Positions 57,221-64,000 of a stretch of 64,000 bases of DNA are shown piece after piece. The position numbers and the translations under genes were made by a program. The notes beneath the pieces are model-generated. The model had not been told where the DNA came from. It was given only the letters and a program-made list of their open reading frames with translations, and made no database searches. Source of the stretch: Eledone cirrhosa (Eukaryota); NCBI GenBank assembly GCA_964016885.1, contig OZ024744.1, positions 31,806,001 through 31,870,000 of the forward strand. Reading direction: 5' to 3'. Each line of letters starts with the position of its first letter. The stretch's first letter is position 1.

Positions 57221-58231
57221 CTAGCATTAAAGCCGGCGTTGCTCAGGGTCATTAAGTTACCAAAGTTAGGTTGCACCACCCATTTTATGGCAGCACTTTT
57301 TTGTCTGCCAGGCACTGGGTGAATGAATTGCAGACCTGGAAGCAGGAGCTGCGCCAGCAGTGACAATTGTAGTTTCGCCTATGGATATTATCTCTGTGCA
57401 AAAAAGTGTTGAAATTTATTGTTTCACAGTACTTGCGCAACACGCGCGTAGACGATGCCAGCCGAACAACAGAGCTGCGATGGAGTTGTTCTGCATGGTT
57501 GTCTAATGTGTGTTTTCTAAATTTAAGACAGTAGGGAGGGTTGTGATATGAGGGAGAGTTAGCTGCTGTTTCTAGAAGGTTTAGTAACCTCATAGAGGAT
57601 ATGTATTTTCTAAATTTAAGACAGTAGGGAGTGGTGTGATATGGGGGAGAGTTAGCTGCTGTTTCTAGCAGGTTTAGTGACCTCATAGAAGATATATTTT
57701 CTAAATTTAAGACAGTAGGGTGTCGTTTCGTATGAAATGTAATAATTGAGCAACTAAAAGTTAGTGTGGTTATAAATCACGCACGTTGTTTAATTGCTTT
57801 AAATGTTTTTTTATCATTTGAAGTGAGTGTGTATTTGTATGCGTTTGTAAATAAATCAGTAAGTTTGAAGTATAAAAGAGAAAGTAGCAAAATGTGTGGG
57901 TTGTAGATAGAGGTAAAGCAGATGATATGAGAGAGTAAAACAGTATTACCATCAAGCTTGGAAAGAGAAAGTAGCAGAAAGTATGAAGTTGTATATAGTT
58001 TGAATGGTAGTAGAAAGAGTTTAGCAGTTTAAATGAGAGAGAAAAATCGTAAAATATTGAGTTTTATCTATTTTTTGCGTAATTGTGGGTGAAATTGAAA
58101 AAATTAGATGTGCCAAGACGCAATCGAAGCTATTTCGAATACTGAATTGTAAATTTCAATTGAAGAAATTCTATATCGTAGATTTCTATAACAAAGGAGC
58201 ATGTCCACACACTGAGCTTTATAGATTATGA
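57221..58231 (-). mobile_element. Non-autonomous Helitron
   Basis: Reverse strand starts TCATAATCTATAAAGCTCAGTGTGTGGAC and ends CCCTGAGCAACGCCGGCTTTAATGCTAG|T. It carries ~2.5 tandem copies of an ~95-bp dispersed repeat (57510-57720). Confidence 0.7.
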
Positions 58232-58990
<759 letters not shown>

Positions 58991-59164
58991 AACTATATAT
59001 ATGTGTTTGTGTCTATATTGTATCTGTATTATTTTTGACCGTTGGTCAGTCAATGGTAACATTGAGGACCGAATAAATTAGATTACCGATATAAAAGACA
59101 CAGAAGCGAAAACCAACCAAACAGTGAGTGTGTTCTGTTATTAATTCTGGCAATATTATTACAC

Positions 59165-59353
59165 AAGTGGATTGGCAGTATCGGTAGAGAGTCGGACGCC
59201 ATGTTTTTCAGCATAGTTACGTCCCTTTACGATCTGAGTTCAAATCCCGCCGAAGTTGACTTTGCCTTTCATCCTTACGGGGTCGATAAAATAAAGTACC
59301 AGTAATGCACTGGATAATTGATGGCCTTGTGCCTAAAGTAGAAACAAATATTA
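59165..59353 (+). mobile_element. SINE family A
   Basis: A and B boxes and core; flanked by duplicated TATTACACAA. Confidence 0.9.
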
Positions 59354-59386
59354 CACAAATATGACCCTCGCCAAGTATAACAAATA

Positions 59387-59418
<32 letters not shown>

Positions 59419-59618
59419 CTATATGAAAAATGTTAGACCCGGGCGGCAGAGCTCAAGCCGTTTCGACGGCTACTTCTGACTCCAGAAATAGCTGTCGAAA
59501 CGGCTTGAGCTCTGCCGTCGGGGTCTATCATTTTCCTATTACCCACTTTACTACCCTAAGTATTGAGTACTCTCGTGCGTTATAGTCCATCTGGTTCCTT
59601 ACCGCACCTCCTTCGTTT

Positions 59619-59649
<31 letters not shown>

Positions 59650-59688
59650 GTGTATATAAATTATATATAGATAGATAGATAGATAGAT

Positions 59689-59766
<78 letters not shown>

Positions 59767-59993
59767 CGAGAGATGCATATATTGGAAGGTATATGTAACC
59801 AGTGCCTTGAGAAAGCAACACCAAATTTCATCTTGGAGTATATCAATGAGCGGAAATAACAGGAGTAAACTTTATTTCATCTTTATGTTTTCTGTTCAAA
59901 TTCTAGCTGTCTGATGAGGTCATAGCTGTTGCATTATGGATATCACCGAAATACATATAACACCGAATATGAATAAATGAAGTTAATACATAG

Positions 59994-60190
59994 TGAAGGC
60001 GCGTGGCCGAGTGGTTAGAGAATTTGATTCTCAATCGTAAGTTTGTGAGTTCGATTCCTTAACCAGGTGATGCGTTAAGTCCTTGAGAAAGACACTTTAT
60101 TTCACGTTGCTCCTTCTACCTGGAGTTGCAACTGCTAGATAATACTAGCAACTGGAAAGACCAACGGAAACATTGTTTCCTCGGTCCGAT
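59994..60190 (+). mobile_element. CORE-type SINE, family B
   Basis: GGCGCGTGGCCGAGTGG A box, GAGTTCGATTCC B box, CCTTGAGAAAGACACTTTATTTCACGTTGCT core. Confidence 0.82.
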
Positions 60191-60715
60191 ATATATATAT
60201 ATATACACTCTATTGTACATACATACAAGCATACATACGGTAGTGCATACGTTTGTATCGATAAGTTTAGCTTATTTTTGGTGGAATTTACGGTATACGT
60301 ACCCCGCTGTGACTGACCAGTTTCGTCATAGTTGACAATCATCAGATCATCAACCTGAAGAACCTCCAATGTAATGAAACTTATCATTTACATTTGAAGT
60401 ATTTTACTTTCAATTCATTTAATACATAAACATACTTCACTAATATGTTGAGTTGTCTTTTATTAAAAGTTACTATCATTAGAAGAAGAAGAAGAAGAAG
60501 AAGAAGAAGAAGAAGAAGAAGAAGAAGAAGAAGAAAAACTTAGACAAATTGAAGGGTTTAAGTAAAATAAAAACAACGGAAAAGAAGGGGATATGAAAGG
60601 TGAGAAAGGAAGAGAGACAGGGGGGGGGGGAGAATGTATGTGTGTGTGTCTGTGTGTGTGTGTAATTAAGGTGAAAGGAAAAGAGAGAAAGTGCGTCTGT
60701 AATTAATGTGACAGG

Positions 60716-60754
<39 letters not shown>

Positions 60755-60814
60755 TGTGTGTAATTAAGGTAAGAGGGAAAGAGGGTGTGTTTAAGGCAGG
60801 AATGAGGAATAGAG

Positions 60815-63800
60815 GTGTGAGTGTGAGGTATGTAGTGTAGTGTGAGGTGTGTAGTGTAGTGTGAGGTGTGTAGTATAGTGTGAGGTGTGTAGTGTAGTGT
60901 GAGGTACGTAGTGTAGTGTGAGGTGTGTAGTGTTGTGTGAGGTGTGTAGTGTAGTGTTAGGTGTGTAGTATAGTGTGAGGTGTGTAGTGTAAGGTGTGTA
61001 GTTTAGTGTGAGGTAAGTAGTGTAGTGTGAGGTGTGTAGTATAGTGTGAGGTGTGTAGTGTAGTGTGAGGTGTGTAGTATAGTGTGAGGTGTGTAGTGTG
61101 AGGTGTGTAGTGTAGTGTGAGGTGTGTAGTGTAGTGTGAGGTGTGTAATGTAGTGTGAGGTGGGTGGTGTAGTGTGAGGTGTGTAGTGTAGTGTTAGGTG
61201 TGTAGTATAGTGTGAGGTGTGTAGTGTAAGGTGTGTAGTTTAGTGTGAGGTAAGTAGTGTAGTGTGAGGTGTGTAGTATAGTGTGAGGTGTGTAGTGTAG
61301 TGTGAGGTGTGTAGTATAGTGTGAGGTGTGTAGTGTGAGGTGTGTAGTGTAGTGTGAGGTGTGTAGTGTAGTGTGAGGTGTGTAATGTAGTGTGAGGTGG
61401 GTGGTGTAGTGTGAGGTGTGTAGTGTAGTGTTAGGTGTGTAGTATAGTGTGAGGTGTGTAGTGTAAGGTGTGTAGTTTAGTGTGAGGTAAGTAGTGTAGT
61501 GTGAGGTGTGTAGTATAGTGTGAGGTGTGTAGTGTGAGGTGTGTAGTGTAGTGTGAGGTGTGTAGTGTAGTGTGAGGTGTGTAATGTAGTGTGAGGTGTG
61601 TAGTGTAGTGTGAGGTATGTAATGTAGTGTGAGGTGGGTGGTGTAGTGTGAGGTGTGAAGTGCAGTGTGAGGTGTGTAGTGTAGTGTGAGGTGTGTAGTG
61701 TAAGGTGTGTAGTTTAGTGTGAGGTGTGTAGTGTAGTGTGAGGTATGTAGTGTAGTGTGAGGTGTGTAGTGTTGTGTGAGGTGTGTAGTGTAGCGTGAGA
61801 TGTGTAGTGTAGTGTGAGGTGTGTAGTGTAGAGTGAGGTGTGTAGTGTTGTGTGAGGTGTGTAGTGTAGTGTGAGGTGTGTAGTGTGAGGTGTGTAGTGT
61901 AGTGTGAGGTGTGTAGTGTAGTGTGAGGTGTGTAGTGTAGAGTGAGGTGTGTAGTGTAGTGTGATATATGTAGTGTAGTGTGAGGAGTGTAGTGTAGTGT
62001 GAGGTATGTAGTGTAGTGTGAGATATGTAGTGAAGTGTGAGGTGTGTAGTGTTGTGTGAGGTGTGTAGTGTAGTGTGAGGTGTGTAGTGTTGTGTGAGGT
62101 GTGTAGTGTAGTGTTAGGTGTGTAGTATAGTGTGAGGTGTGTAGTGTAAGGTGTGTAGTTTAGTGTGAGGTAAGTAGTGTAGTGTGAGGTGTGAAGTGTA
62201 GTGTGAGGTGCGTAGTGTAGTGTGAGGTGTGTAGTGTAAGGTGTGTAGTTTAGTGTGAGGTGTGTAGTGTAGTGTGAGGTGTGTAGTGTAGTGTGAGATA
62301 TGTAGTGTAGTGTGAGGTGTGTAGTGTAGTGTGAGGTGTGTAGTGTGAGGTGTGTAGTTTAGTGTGAGGTATGTAGTTTAGTGTGAGATATGTAGTGTAG
62401 TGTGAGGTGTGTAGTGTAGTGTGAGGTGTGTAGTGTAGGGTGAGGTGTGTAGTGTGAGGTGTGTAGTGTAGTGTGAGGTGTGTAGTGTAATGTGAGGTGT
62501 GTAGTGTTAGTGTAAGGTGTGTAGTGTAGTGTGAGGTGTGTAGTGTAGTGTGAGGTGTGTAGTGTGAGGTGTGTAGTGAAGTGTGAGGTGTGTAGTGTAA
62601 TGTGAGGTGTGTAGTGTAGTGTGAGGTGTGTAGTGTAGGGTGAGGTGTGTAGTGTGAGGTGTGTAGTGTGCGTGTGAGGTATGTAGTGTAGTGTGAGGTG
62701 TGTAATGTAGTGTGAGGTATGTAGTGTAAGGTGTGTAGTGTAGTGTGAGGTGTGTAATGTAGTGTGAGGTGTGTAGTGTAGAGTGAGGTATGTAGTGTGA
62801 AGTGTGTAGTGTAGTGTTTGGTGTGTAGTGTAGTGTGAGGTGTGTAGTGTAGTGTGAGGTGTGTAGTGTAGTGTGAGGTATGTAGTGTAAGGTGTGTAGT
62901 GTAGTGTGAGGTGTGTAGTGTAGTGTGAGATGTGTAGTGTAGTGTGAGGTGTGTAGTGCAGTGTGAGGTATGTAGTGTAGTGTGAGGTGTGTAGTGTAAT
63001 GTTTGGTGTGTAGTATAGTATGAGGTGTGTAGTGTAGTGTGAGGTATGTAGTGTAGTGTGAGGTATGTAGTGTTGTGTGAGGTGTGTAGTGTAGTGTGAG
63101 GTGTGTAGTGTAGTCTGAGGTGTGTAGTGTAGTGTGAGGTGTGTAGTGTGAAGTGTGTAGTGTAGTGTGAGGTGTGTAGTGTAGGGTGAGGTGTGTAGTG
63201 TAGTGTGAGGTGTGTAGTGTAATGTGAGGTGGGTAGTGTAGTGTGAGGAGTGTAGTGTAGTGTGAGGTGTGTAGTGTAATGTTTGGTGTTTAGTTTAGTG
63301 TGAGGTGTGTAGTGTAGTGTGAGGTGTGTAGTGTAGTGTGAGGTGTTTAGTTTAGTGTGAGGTGTGTAGTGTAGTGTGAGGTATGTAGTGTAGTGTGAGG
63401 TGTTTAGTTTAGTGTGAGGTGTGTAGTGTAGTGTGAGGTGTGTAGTGTAGTGTGACGTGTGTAGTGTTGTGTGACGTGTGTAGTGTAGTGTGAGGTGTGT
63501 AGTGTAGTGTGAGGTATGTAGTGTAGTGTGAGGTGTGTAGTGTGAGGTATGTAGTGTAGTGTGAGGTGTGTAGTGTTGTGTGACGTGTGTAGTGTAGTGT
63601 GAGGTGTGTAGTGTAGTGTGAGGTGTGTAGTGTAGTGTGAGGTGTGTAGTGTAGTGTGCGGTGTGTAGTGTTGTGTGAGGTGTGTAGTGTAATGTGAGGT
63701 GTGTAGTGTAGTGTGAGGTGTGTAGTGTAGAGTGAGGTGTGTAGTGTAATGTTTGGTGTGTAGTATAGTGTGAGGTGTGCAGTATAGTGTGAGGTGTGTA

Positions 63801-64000
63801 TTGTAGTGTGAGGTGTGTAGTGTAGTGTGAGGTGGGTAGTGTAGTGTGAGGTGTGTAGTGTAGAGTGAGGTGTGTAGTGTGAGGTGTGTAGTGTAGTGTG
63901 ACGTGTGTAGTGTAGTGTGAGGTGTGTAGTGTAGTGTGAGGTGTGTAGTGTAGTGTGAGGTGTGTAGTGTAGTGTGCGGTGTGTAGTGTTGTGTGAGGTG
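60815..64000. repeat. 19-bp GT-rich satellite running off the window end
   Basis: Unit GTGAGGTGTGTAGTGTAGT with 14-bp variants. Confidence 0.98.

Overview
Repeat-saturated eukaryotic (animal) intergenic or intronic DNA. I can support no host protein-coding exon, rRNA or tRNA gene, and nearly all ORF-track calls are microsatellite artefacts. The SINE and RTE families look like those I recall from octopod cephalopods (inference, not checked). Contents: very long micro- and minisatellites; three near-perfect arrays (65 bp x ~23.7; 84 bp x 6, in frame inside a LINE RT; 615 bp x ~8.9); about 12 copies of one tRNA-derived SINE and 4 of a CORE-type SINE; RTE, L1/Tx1 and CRE-like LINE fragments; a decayed Helitron Rep/PIF1 helicase and two non-autonomous Helitrons; hAT and Tc1/mariner MITEs; Penelope-like fragments with hammerhead-like cores inside (TA)n tracts; and one 200-N gap. 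The most unusual structure is the almost invariant 615-bp non-coding array fused directly to a 546-bp near-perfect hairpin with DIRS-like end motifs (48413-54470). Fold-back structures are unusually dense across 30-60 kb.
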